Source of the DNA: Podarcis gaigeae
Taxonomy: Eukaryota
Assembly: GCA_964106915.2 (NCBI GenBank)
Contig: OZ066915.1
Length of the DNA stretch: 64,000 nucleotides
Direction: 5' to 3' (one strand)
The translations under genes and the position numbers were made by a program. This document shows positions 41,215 to 53,700 of the stretch, one piece after another (within the stretch, counting starts at the first letter, position 1; each line of letters begins with the position of its first letter). Below the pieces are notes generated by a model. The model was not told where the DNA came from. It did not search any database and was given only the letters and a program-made list of their open reading frames with translations.

Positions 41215-41881
41215 ATATTTGGTCCCCACTCTGTGCTTAGCTCTCACCAGTGGTTCCTAGAAGCTGTCAGCATATGACAGCAGCCACACCCTAAAAAACA
41301 GCTTCCACTGACCAGCTAAACCAGATGAGGGTAGCCAGTGGGTCTCAGCCCTCTGTTAGGGAATTTCCTATGCATGCAAAGACAGCCTCCAATGGACTGA
41401 GCGGACAAGACCAATAATGGGGCCAACAGTAAAAAAGATGATTTCTGCATGTGCTGTAGAGGGATATGAGGGGCCGATGAGTCTTGTCAACCTGGGAAGG
41501 TAGCCCATCTAGGAGAAGAAAAACTCTGATCCTAAACCTCTGCTGCCTTGCGGGATATCTTTGGGAGAAGAAAAGGCTAAGGAGTAAACCAAACACAAAT
41601 CTGGAGTGGAGTCCCTAGAATGGTTGGAAAATGCCTTGTATGCCTTTTGGCAACTCCTGCAGCCAAGCTGGTGCCAGACGTATTACTCTGCTTTCCTTTA
41701 CATCACAGCAGTGAGGCTAAGAGGAGGGTCATGTCATCAGGGCAGTCTACAACCTCTATACACACTGTCCAAGCTTGTGCCCTGAGGAGGTCACTTCAGT
41801 GCTGCTAATGCAGCAGTTTGACTTCACCCTTGCAGGCGCACTTCATTTTCTCTCAGGACAGAAGGATATCAACAAGAACAA
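41215..41881 (+). mobile_element. Non-autonomous RTE-clade retroelement (5' UTR plus 3' end, no ORF)
   Basis: GCTAAACCAGATGAGGGTAGCC and CCCATCTAGGAGAAGAAAAACTCTGA resemble recalled RTE 5' UTRs; ends GACAGAAGGATATCAACAAGAACAA, like an RTE (CAA)n tail. Confidence 0.5.
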
Positions 41882-42238
41882 TTCTTGCTCAGCTCGAAAG
41901 ATGAAAAGCACAATTCCCCCAAATCACAGAATGGACCACTGATGATGTCCATACTTGCAGCCTCCATGGTAGCACTGAGGACTTCCACCAATCATGTGTC
42001 AGCCCTATGACAGTGCCTCCATGGAAGAAGCCAATCCATTCACAGCAAGTAATTGACGTTTCCATGACATATCCCCATTTCACTCTGCACACAACACACC
42101 TGGCACAATGACACCACAGCAGCAGCAACTGCATAAATTAATATGCACAAGTAGGAATAAATCAATAACTGGGAGTTCCAAGAGATCCTCATACACCGGT
42201 TTGAATCTTAATTCCACACAGGTTTCCATGGCACAATA

Positions 42239-42458
42239 CAGTGGTACCTCGGGTTAAGAACGTAATTCGTTCTGGAGGTCTGTTCTTAACCTGAAGCACC
42301 ACTTTAGCTTATGGGGCCTCCTGCTGCCGCCACGCCGCCACTGCACGATTTCTGTTCTCATCCTGAAGTTCTTAACCCAAGGTAATATTTCTGGGTTAGC
42401 GGAGTCTGTAACCTGAAGTGTATGTAACCTGAAGTGTATGTAACCCAAGGTACCACTG
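42239..42458. mobile_element. Tc1/mariner MITE
   Basis: CAGTGGTACCTCGGGTTA...AAGGTACCACTG, TA TSD. Confidence 0.88.
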
Positions 42459-42821
42459 TAGTTCAAGACTAACAGGGTGGGGGATAGAAGCCTTTTTGTA
42501 GGCATGGAAAGGAACTAGGAAAGCCCCAATCACACACAAGAGCAACTTCCATTAGCTCACTGAGAAGGGCATGGAGTTGAGAAATGAAACACGAGTTCAA
42601 GTCCCACTAAGTGGATCTGGAGTGAAAAGGTCCTCCTCACCTTCTGAATGCTAGGCTGGCAACAGTTGTATAAGAGTGAGAAAATGAGAGAACCCCTGAG
42701 TCAAAACCTCTGCGTATTCTTCAGAGCAGGTCTGTACCTATTCAGCTACAACAGGAGACAACCAACATGGCCAATTTATCACCTTGCAGCTGTCAGCATG
42801 GAGATAGCTCAGGTTTCACAT

Positions 42822-43137
42822 GTAAAGGTAAAGGTATCCTTGACTGTTAGGTCCAGTCGCGGACAACTCTGGGGTTGTGTGCTCATCTCACTCTATAGGC
42901 CGAGGGAGCCGGGATTTGCCCGCAGACAAATGTGGCCAGCATGACTAAGCCGCTTCTGGCGAACCAGAGCAGTGCACGGAAACGCTGTTTACCTTCCCAC
43001 CAGAGCGGTACCTATTTATCTACTTGCACTTGACGTGCTTTTGAACTGCTAGGTGGGCAGGAGCTGGGACCGAGCAACAGGAGCTCACCCCGTTGCGGGG
43101 ATTCGAACTGCCAACCTTCCGATCGGCAAGCGCTAGG
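42822..43137 (-). mobile_element. Sauria-type SINE, 5'-truncated
   Basis: GTAAAGGTAAAGG tail on plus; GGTACCTATTTATCTACTTGCAC core. Confidence 0.85.
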
Positions 43138-45920
43138 ATACCCCAGATTCAAACCCAGCATTCGAATCCACTGATATGGGACCCCGAGAATGGGGTGCCT
43201 TAGCCATTCAGCTATTTTGGTTCGTCTCTGTTAATGGCAACCTATATTGTTCTGTGTGTCAGGCTAGTTATCATTTCAGTAGGCCTCGTTGTTCTACCAG
43301 TTATCCCATACATACGGCATAGTAGCATCAGTCATCCCACTTGTGCCCTCTGAGAGGCCATCTGGCTTACAATGCAGAATATGAGTGAGCAGAGTGTCAG
43401 GGTGACTCACCAGAGCCTTTGCAGCAACAAGGTTCCAACAACCCCCAGCTGAAGTGAGATTAAAATAAGGAGAGGGGAGGGTATCCTAGCAACAAAGAAA
43501 CAGCACAACACCTTAATTAAAGCTTGTATTGAATGGTATCTGGGATGGAGTGGGTTCTGAAAGTCAGAAGGGCACAGGGGGGCAGGAAGCTGCCAACTAG
43601 TCATCACAGCAAAGCTCCTCTGCCTTTGACAGCTGTATAAAATACAGCAAAGTAGCAAGTGTCTCTCATGGCTCAGTTTCCTTACACAACTGTGGCACGG
43701 AGCTGGCAAAGGTACCGGAGCCTGTCTTTAACAAGTAGGTTTGGCAACACAACCCTTCAGAAGTACAGCTGGAAGTTCTCTGACGATTGCTTACTAGTCA
43801 CACCGAGCTGCTGTGGAGAGCGAAGGCGGAGAATGAAGAACAAGCAACTGCCATCATGTTGGTGCCCTGAGTCCCTAGGCCTCGATGCATAATAAGTGTT
43901 TGTGAGGAAGTTTATAGAGGGAGAGGCACCACTTCAGCGCTGCTCCACTTGTATCAACCTTTCCCCCACTGTGGGGGAGTGGGGAATACAGTGATTGAGT
44001 AAATACTTACCTCTTCCCTGTAGGGAGTTGCAAACTTGATAAAAGCTTTGCTGGTTCAGAACAAAATTCCATCTAGTCCAGCATTTTTCAGAGTGGTCAA
44101 CCAGACCACAGCAAGACCCCGCTATTGTAGTTGTTCTCCAGCACACATTATTCAGAAGAATAATGCTTCTGATCATGGTTTAATATAGCCATAATGACCA
44201 GTAGCACCTGGCAGCCTTGTCCTCTTTTAATGCCATCTACATTGTTGCTCATTGGCACATCTTGTGACAACAAATCCATTAGTGAATTAGTGAAGCGGTG
44301 CATGAAGAATTATTTATTTTTGTCTCTCCTCTATATCCCACCTTCCACCTTCACTGAATGGCTCTGGGTTCTAAATGTTTCAAAGACGAAGAAAAACCTT
44401 TGTCCCCTTCTCCACATGTCTCTCTCATGTCCCCGTCCTTTTATTTTTTTAAATACCCAATGTCAGGCCTAGCAACAGCGGTCACCATCGGCAGGTACTT
44501 ACCAATGGTCCATGCCTACTGGAAGGCACATCAACTGATTAGCCGTCTTGTTTAGCCTGAGAGGCAGTAGCCTAGCAACAAGGGTAGATGGAGAAGCAGG
44601 TCCTCCAGCAAGTGGAACCACTGGTGCTCAACAGTTAAAATCCTCCACGCTGTCTCTGGAACACCAAGGAATATTGCTAAAATGATCCTACACTCTTGGG
44701 AAATACCCCAGAGTTACTGTGGTACCACCAGCAGCCAGTGAGACTAACTTTTCCCCCTGCTGCATGCCAGACTTAGTACCCACCTACCTCAAGGTAAGTG
44801 GTAGCCATCTCTAGCACCCAGGGAGACAGGGCTTATCTTCAACCACCTGTTTCCATGGCCCCTTTAACTGCTACCTCCTCGGCTTCCCAACTTGGTGGTC
44901 ATCCTTACTGCCATATCTTCCCCCATTTTAGTTGAAGGAATTGTTTTGGAACATTTCTCAATCCCTTTTTGATTTTACCACCCTGAATGATGTGTCATTC
45001 ATGAGCTTCGCCAAATCGCCATGTCACCTCTCATCCTTAACTCAGTTTCATTTATGAGCATGTTAAAAAGCACCAATCTCACTATAAACCCTTTGTGGGG
45101 CTGGGGCGCATATTACATCCTTCCACTTCCACGTTTATCCTTGTACTCTGTTTTCTGTTCTCTTTAACTAGTTACCGATCCATAGGACGGTCATATTCCA
45201 CAGACTACATTTATTCAGGAGACTACAGTGAAAGTCTTCCTGCTTCTTTAAGGGGATTACATTCTGCCTCTCAGGGCAAAGCCTGCCGAAGGTGGTTTTA
45301 CAAAAGTTAATTAGCTTCAAACAACAACAACAATTTTATTATTTATATGCCATCTATCTGACTGGGTTGCCATATAACACAGTAATTTTCCTTTAAATAC
45401 ATAGCAAGAACATTGTGCTTTCAAATAATTTACAGCACAATCTACATGTAATGCTTTCAGTCAAGGTCTTCCCATAAGCTTCTTTCTGTCCATCCACCTA
45501 TGGTCCCTACTGATGCCTTGTCTTATCAATCAAAGTTGTACTGGCACATTATAGCTTCCTCTACCTGCTGCCTTTGATGGTCCAATGTCTCCCTTTGTGC
45601 TTGCACTAATGATGAAACTATTTCGGAATCTGAGTAGCCTTCCCTTTCAAGCATGGCTCATTAGATTATCTGGACTTTCTGTTCTCCAAATCCTTTCAAG
45701 GACTCTCATCTGCTGGAGTATCCAGGCAACTGGAGGAGTAACCATGGAGGGGCTGTTCAGAGGAAAGGAAACAAGCCCACAGGAGCCAAGGTTCATATGT
45801 CACAACAAATCGGAATCTGGCTTGTTTAGGGTTTGTTTCCCCCCCTTCACAGCACAGTCAGGAGCGAGAGAAGAATAAAGTGTTCATGCACATTAAAACA
45901 TACTTTATTTTAAATGATGA

Positions 45921-46190
45921 ACATAAACATAAGAATATATGAAGAGCCTGTTGGATCAGGCCATTGCCCCAGCTAGTCCAGCATCCTGTTCTCAACAATG
46001 GTGATCAGATGTGTATGGGAAGCTCACAAGCATTACCTTGAGTGCAACAGCACTCTCCCTTCTTGTGGTTTCCAGCAATTGGTATTCAGAGAGAGCATAT
46101 GGCTTCTGACAGTGGAGATAGAACATAGCCATCAAGGTTACAAGCCATGATAGCCTTATCCTCTGTGAATGTGTCCAATTCTGTTTCAAA
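45921..46190 (-). mobile_element. CR1-related 3' end, decayed
   Basis: AACATAAGAA tail and GAGCCTGTTGGATCAGGCCA...CTAGTCCAGCATCCTGTTCTC; similar fragments near 19690, 44040 and 61320. Confidence 0.6.
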
Positions 46191-47142
46191 GTCATCCACA
46201 GATTAAGTAAGCGGATAAACTGGACCTTTCCCATTTGCTTGCTCTCCTTCAAACACAAAAGAGTAAAACAGATTATGGGTTGCATCCAGAGAATTAGGTA
46301 GAACCCACAAAACACATTTAGAACACACTGTTCTCCCCAAAGAATCCTAGGAACTGTGGTTCACAAAGGTGCAATTCCCAGCACGCTTAACAAACTACAG
46401 TTCCCAGGATCCTTTGAGAGCTCACAAACAACACCATCTCCCGTGACACAGATAATCTGCTCTTCTTGTTCCCAGCCTACTGAAATCAGAGCTATGCTAC
46501 CTCTGAACATGGAGGTGTCATTTAACTGCTATGGTCTATTACAGCCTTTGATAGACGTGTCCTCCATAAATATGTCTAATCCTGTGAAACTGCAATCTGA
46601 AGTAAACCATTGGGTATTACCACAGGTTCCATAATTCTGCACTATCTAATGAGGTAATTACTTTGGACATGTCTGGATCTACCATTAATCAACTTCAGTG
46701 GTTGTCTCATAGTATTCTAAATATGGCTACATCACATAATTACTAAATCACTTTTATACCTGCTGTTCCTCACTACTTGGAGAGGAAAATAAAGTGAAAG
46801 AAGCTAAAAAGCACTACTGCTATGTTGTTCTGCAGAAGTATTTGGGAACTGAAATTCACTTTATCCACCCAGTTGTCAGCTATGAAAGAGATATGGAGAA
46901 TATAATATTAGTTAATGCAAACTGCATGTTCAAGATTATTTTTCTCAAGTTAAATATTTATCCTGTATTTATTTTATAGTTTAATGCTCTTTATAAAATG
47001 TACATGATTCGGAGTTAATGAAAACAACATTTTTAGAGTGTTTTAACCAGAATATGTATAAGCATGTTTTTTAAAAAATTGTTATCTACTATGGAGAAAT
47101 AGGAAAAGAGATAAACATAATTCACATATTTTCAAGTGCTAA

Positions 47143-48057
47143 TGTAGCCACGCCATGATCCTATTAAGTGGAGGTTGCCAGGGGTGGCCCAAGGTGTTGC
47201 AGCACCTGAGGCGAAATGCCCCACTGCTGCCTCTGTGATGAAGAAGCTCTTGTGGGGAAGCCCTTGTGGAGTCTCCCACACAGGGAAAGCTGGGGAGATC
47301 ATTTATGGGTCCCCTCCTCCTTCCCAGCAGCGGGGTTTTGCACTGGCTTCTCCCTTTAGGAGAAAAGCCCCACCACTGCTGGGTGGTGGGGGAAGATCTC
47401 TCTCCCCCCCCCAGTGACATGCCACTCCAACAGGGACCCAGCAGGAAATCACACCAAGCTAGTTGGAGTTAACTCTTTATTAGCACAAACAGGATCTGTG
47501 CAGTGGTGTCAGGCCTAATAAGCACAACACACATCTCCAGCAGGTCTTGCCCTTATAAAGCATTTGCTGAGACTGAAGGTCCTGCCTCCCTACCGCTGCC
47601 TAAGTCCTCTCCTCTCCAGGGTTTCCCCCAAGCAATTTGAGACAGTACCTGTGTGAAGCTAACATCTGCTCTGCCCTCTTCATGCCTCTTCTGGGCCTGG
47701 GAGACCAGAGGGGAGGGGAGCTTGTTGCAGCAGGAGGGGGAGATACCTGTGCCTCTTCACCAGCCAGACTCATCTCTGCCTCTTGGCTTCCCTCCTCTAC
47801 TGCTTTACCTTCCGTCACTGAGTCTGGACTGCTTTCTGCCACAGCCTCTTCCTGCTCACTAAACCCTGTTACCTCTTCAGCTTCCAGGATCTCCTCCTCC
47901 CAGCCTGCTCCCTCTGACCACTCATTGTCATCCCACCACCACTCCCCTGGCGCTAAGCCAGCTTTGCTTCCCTTGGGTGTTCCCCAGCTGGTTCCTCCCA
48001 CCAAGAAATACGTCCAAACTAGTTCAGTGTCACATTTCCTCAGATAAGTGGTCTACA
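47143..48057 (-). mobile_element. Probable solo LTR (Gypsy-like) carrying an acidic ORF
   Basis: Imperfect terminal inverted repeat TGTAGCCAC...GTGGTCTACA; minus-strand TATA (47553-47558) upstream of AATAAA (47476-47481); no clear TSD. Confidence 0.5.
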
Positions 48058-48529
48058 GAACTGTAGCCAAAGCACTATTCGAGTAGATATGTTAACTCAA
48101 ATATCTCAGGTCCAAGGCCAACACGTGTTCACGCAATCAGTTGGGAGAATATAAAAGAGTTTGGATTGCATTAGCTGTAGGCAATAATCCAACAAGCAAT
48201 CCAAGGGTAAACAGTGAACCAGAGAAAACCAATTTTGTGATTTGGTTGTGAATTTATACCCCCACTGTGGGCCAGCTAAGACTTCTAACTCTTGTTACCA
48301 GGAAGGGACAGAGCCTTAAGCAGAAGAGGGGAGCCTGGCAGAAAAAACCCAGCAGCTTGGGGAACCTCATTGCGAGAGGCAGGGGCAAAACTAGGCTTTA
48401 TTTCACCTGGGTCAAAGGCCCAGTTTGATACCCCCCCCATTTGCATGCGCACATACACAGGCAGGGAGCCTCAATGGTGCTCCTCTGGAGGCTTCACCTG
48501 GAGCAAAAAAAACAAACAACCCCGTAGCT

Positions 48530-48757
48530 AAGCCTCTTGAGTGAGGTTACTAGGGAACCAGGCAGAGACCCACCTTGTGGAATGCCCTCCTGTCAGATGT
48601 CAAGGAAAAAAACAACTACTGTACTTGAGTTTTTAGAAGACAGCCCTGTTTAGGGAAGTTTTTAATGGTAGATGTTTTATTGTGTTTTTAATGTATTTTG
48701 TTGGGAGCCGCCCAGAGTGGCTGGGGCAACCCAGTCTGATGGACAGTATTTAAATAA
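48530..48757 (+). mobile_element. L2-type LINE 3' end
   Basis: TTTAGGGAAGTTTTTAAT...GGGAGCCGCCCAGAGTGGCTGGGGCAACCCAGTC...TAAATAA; antisense relatives near 4975, 23430 and 45340. Confidence 0.7.
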
Positions 48758-49524
48758 TGTAGCAGGAACCCCCCCACCCCAATCATTCTGTTTGTACAAA
48801 CTTCACACACACTCACACTCACACACTACATACGCTATGCTTCTGTTATAAATTCATAGAAAATCAACCATACATTGGATTTGCACTGTTCCACTTTTAT
48901 TTTACTCCATGAAGGAAAGACTACAAAATAGGGCAGGTTTGATACAGGGCAGCCATAATCCCTTCAGCATCCCAGCACATACACAGGTGCCCTGCCCAGT
49001 TGCTATGCCAACCCTGATGGTCCCAGACAGAAGACAATCAAGATCACAAAGAACCTGCATATGGGAGTGGATTCAGCATGGACTGAAACAAAGGACAATG
49101 ATCAGATCTTCCCTCAGGGGGCAGGAAACTGCCAAGTCCCCTTTGTCTCCTGGAAGTTCCTGGAAGTTCATCAGGGGAAGGGGGGAAGGGAGGAACCAGC
49201 CAGGTGACAAGACACTCAGGTTACCACCAACTCCTCCCTCAGCCCCTCCTTTCTGTAATGTATGCCTCCCTCAGCCCCTCCTTTCTGTAATGTATGCATG
49301 ATGTTTCTGGGGGTGGGCTTGATCTAGAGGAGGGGAATTTCAAAAGTTTTTATAAGACCTTGCACACTATTCTTCTGGGTCTTTTCTCTCTCCTGCAAGT
49401 GAGGGGAATACCCTGTTGCAACAGTTCAATAAAGGCCAAGCCTACAGGCTGCTGTTTTGCTCCAAGTTATCCTGGTTGGTGTCTTTGTTTTGTCCAAGGG
49501 AGCCCTCGGATTTTTCCTGTAACA
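48758..49524 (+). mobile_element. Solo LTR (767 bp, ERV1- or Gypsy-like)
   Basis: TGTAGCAGGAA...TTCCTGTAACA termini; 4-bp TSD ATAA (48754-48757, 49525-49528); TATAAG at 49351, AATAAA at 49428-49433; perfect 32-bp tandem duplication at 49233-49296. Confidence 0.82.
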
Positions 49525-49574
49525 ATAACAACTTGTTGTTGTTGTTGTTTCTGGGCACAGAGTTTTAGGGAGTC

Positions 49575-49624
<50 letters not shown>
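49575..49624. repeat. (TAGA)n microsatellite, about 12 units
   Basis: Perfect tetranucleotide run. Confidence 0.95.
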
Positions 49625-49759
49625 TTGCAGTTCCAATATATATTGGAAGAACTGCAAGGACAAGTGAAAGCTTTGCAACCCTACGGACACTGCAAAAAGT
49701 ATTCTTCTGCTGCCACGACTACCCTATCAGAGCTCTTTCCAGCTCCACCACCCCAACTG

Positions 49760-50700
49760 CAACAACATCGCGGCGCTGCTGTCTCAACCACTTATATAGT
49801 TTCCCGCCGAGTCGACTTAGCTCGCTGAATCAGCGCCGTTTAATTTTGAGGCCCTGCAGAGTGCCTGTCTCTCGAGCACCGCCGGGCGCCTCAAACCCGG
49901 ACCCTTTCCAGCTCCCTCGGCCTTCGGAAGACGATATGCGAAGGAGCAGCAGGAATTGCATTTTAAAGGGTTTGAAGTTAGGTTTTAAATAAAAACAATT
50001 TAAATGAAAATCCTACAGGCAGCTTGGAGGACAGCCCCCGAGGCGGGGAACGAGGCACCTAATTTGGGAGAGGAGGAACCTAGAATTACGAACTTTTTGC
50101 ATCAGCGGATTCCTTTCCGCGTCAGCTTTTGCATTGCTCCCGGAATGGACGTGAGAGATAGCGGTGGAGAAAGAGCTCAGATTTCTCTCTTATGTTTCTC
50201 TAGCGTCAACTCTCTCTTCAGTCCTGAGGAGCAAAAGGAAGGCGCGGGCTTTATAAATGAAGTTCTCTCTGAAGCGCTGTTGTAAACGGAGAGGCGAGCT
50301 CCTCTATAAGTTTCCTATCTCTAGGGGTGGAAAAGAGGCGGCAAAAAAACCCCCACATATCCCTGGGCCCTCCTCCCGTACGCATGCGCGCGAGAGGCAT
50401 GGCCATTGGTTGGGCTGTCCCAGGGCGACGAGGAAGCGGCTGCTCGAGGCTGGGAAAGGAGCGAGGGCAGAAGCGGATAGCGGGAGTTTGTGCCTCGGCT
50501 GGGCGGCATGGAGGAGCTGGACGTGGAGCCTGCGGTCACTGTGCGTCGCTTAAGCGTGTCCCTCCCTCCCTCGCTCGGGGTGTTTGTGGGTCGCGTGGAG
50601 GGAAATGGGATCCGGAGAAGGAGGTGGGGCTGCAGGTGTCGGAACGGAAGGCTCGGATTTGGGTCCCCCCCTCGATCATGGGCAAGGAACTTGAGAATTG
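49760..50700 (+). promoter_or_regulatory. CpG island / promoter of NUP85
   Basis: CpG-rich; NRF1 CGCATGCGCG at 50381-50390, CCAAT (ATTGG) near 50405, E2F-type TTTCCCGC at 49800-49807. Confidence 0.7.
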
Positions 50701-53700
50701 TAGATTTAGAAGGGACCCCTGAGGGTCATCTAGACCGACCCCCTGCGATGCAGGAGTCTTTTGCCTAGCGTGGGGCTCGAACCCACGACCCTGAGATTGC
50801 TCTACCGACTGAGCTGTCTCCATTTGCCTTTGTGTTGGAATAGGCAGGTTTAATAAGTTTCCTCCTCCACCAACACCACCAACCTCCTCTGCAAAGTGAG
50901 CAGAGGCAGTAACGTCGTAACAGGGCCAGTTTTATCTTGACTCTGGCCTTTCTTGCAAGGAGCTGAAGGCAGCATGCTGTGGCTCTCCCCCCCCCCCCCC
51001 CACTTTAGTTTTACAGTTATAACAGCGCTGTGAGGTAGGGGCGTTGCTCAGTGAGCTTCATGGAGTGTGTGTGGAGGATGTTCATTCACATGCTTAGCCT
51101 GACCCCAACCACTCCACTTCAGAGGCTTGCTACAGTGGTATCTCGGGTTACATACGCTTCAGGTTGCAGACTCCGCTAACCCAGAAATAGTACCTCAGGT
51201 TAAGAACATTGCTTCAGGATGAGAACAGAAATTGTGCTCCGGCGGCGTGGCGGCAGCAGGAGGCCCCATTAGCTAAAGTGGTGCTTCAGGTTAAGAACAG
51301 TTTCAGGTTAAGAACAGACTTCCAGAATGAATTAAGTACTTAACCCGAGGTACCACTGTATTTACCTTACACCCCACATCTCCATCCGCTTGTTGCCAAA
51401 AAAGCATATAACAGATCCAAAGCATGAACAAACAAAATCCTGACCGGTGGCCCTGTTCCTCAAGGCTTGGCCACTGACCAAACTGTGCCTCCTTAAGCTG
51501 TGCAGTCTTAAGGGCAGCTGGCAGCTGGAGCCAGTTTGCTTTTTCTGGCAGGGTGCTGGGAAGCCAGCTCCCCACCTGCACTCCTTTGGCCAGTGGATGG
51601 GATCAGGCCGGTGTATCTGGGAGGCAGGGAGTGCCAGTGGCAGAGTAGTTAGAGCAGTGGTTCTCTTAAGTTTTTTCTCTGAGCCATGCTTTCGAAATAA
51701 AAATTTGCTCATACCACACCAAATTTTTTATTGGTGGTACAATGGATTCTCTTGTTCCAAAAACACCTAATTAAAAACAATTCTGCGGGACAGCCAGCAA
51801 ACCTCCGAGTGCAGGAAGTGTTTTGGTTCCATGTCTTTGCAGAGTCAAGCAAATAACCGTGTTTTTTAAATTTTTTATTTCAAAACCAAAAAAAATTACA
51901 AACATCAAATTCAAAATATATTCATTTTCTGACATAAGCCTATTACATAGATTACCTAAATTAAAATATATCTAAATGCTCTAGGCTTCCCTTTGCTATA
52001 TGTAAATACAACACAATTAACAAATTATATTATAAATGATGTTACAGGTTCCCATATACCCCCACTCCCCTTCACCCATGAGTGATCTCAGTATTTTACT
52101 TCTTCAATCTTGTTGTGTTGTTATATCAAATAACTCTGTTTTTAGTGGTTTTGCTTTGATGAAATTCACAATGTGCACAGCCTGATCTAGAACCAAATCA
52201 GCTACAAGGGTCTTGGTGATTAATGCCTCCATGTAAAAAAACCCTCAGTGATTTGATACTGCATCTGGATTTTTCTGTTTGATGAGTGCCACTGTCCTGA
52301 TACCGCAGTCCAAAGATGGGCTTGTGGGAGTGGTTTGGTGCAGGCATTATTATAAGAAAGAGTTAAATTTACAGTAAGTCACCCAGCCAGGCCTCACTGC
52401 CATTACAGATGCAGGATGGACACTGCAGCAGTGAGAGCTTGCCGTGACTTGTCTGCACTCAGGCAGATGTTTATACAACCCTTATTCCCAAAGCAGCATA
52501 CTCCGTTTGCCCCAAACCTCCCTTCAAAGCTGGCTAGTGAGGCCACACATGGCAGCTATCCAAGGCTTCTCCCCTTTCTGGGCCTAAAGCCCAGCATCTC
52601 AAGGACTACAGATAAGCATAGCATCAAAGCAAGTCAATTAACATATATCAAAGCAAGGAAACATAAACATATATGAGCTCATTCTTGCAGCAGCTGCTCA
52701 TTATTTCGGCTGGTTATCTTGACTATCAAGATGGCATTTGCAGGCTTTCCAGAACATTTCACTTTGGTTCAACACAGCTACCAAGCCTCTCATATTCCCT
52801 GTCATACATGGTGCTCCATCTGAAAAAATTCCAATACAAGAATCCCATGAAATCTCATTTTCTCCTGCCACGCTAGTTTGGCGCACCACACCCTTTGAGA
52901 ACCACTGGGTTCCTCAAGCTCAGGGGTCAGAGCCCAGCAGGAGCGACAGCTCCCATCATCCCTGACCATTGGCCATGTTAGCTGGGACTGATATCACATG
53001 GCAAGGCAAGCAAGCATGTCCAAGATCATAGTAGGCAGTTGGGTTTGGTGTTGATTGAAGATGTAAGGGGGTGTGTGTGTGTGTTTTAATGGATAGAACT
53101 TGTGAGATGTTCTTCATAAGAGGGTCACTCTCTTCATTCCAGCTTTTGCTGCTGTCAGTGTATGTACAGTGGTACCTCAGGTTAAGAACTTACGGTAATT
53201 CGTTCCAGAGGTCCGTTATTGACCTGAAACTGTTCTTAACCTGAGGTACCTCTTTAGCTAATGGGGCCTCCTGCTGCCGCTGCGCAATTTCTGTTCTCAT
53301 CTGAGGTAAAGTTCTTAACCCGAGGTACTATTTCTGGGTTAGCGGAGTCTGTAACCTGAAGCGTCTGTAACCTGAAGCATATTTAACGCGAGGTACCACT
53401 GTAATTTAAGTTGCAGGTTTTTTTTAATAAAAAAGTGTACTTCGTAACAGATGTGTTTTGATTTCAGCATTGTTATCATATTTGCCTGTCTAATTCCCTT
53501 CCTTCCTTCCTTCTGTTTCAAACAGCTGATTCCAGAAATAAATTCTGACAAGAAACAGTTATGTTTCGAGTGGGGACCTGGGGAGATGCTGGTGTGTGAA
53601 ACATTGTTTGGATCAACAGGTTGGTAACCTTTGTTACTAATGTGTATGTTTTTGATGAATTAATAGTAGTGAATAGGCCCACACAAGTGCAGGGATGGAA

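Noticed and set aside
51655-52907. One large Charlie-type element bounded by CAGTGGTTCTC / GAGAACCACTG
   Set aside because: The flanking 8-mers (AGTTAGAG versus GGTTCCTC) do not form a TSD; only the transposase remnant is reported.
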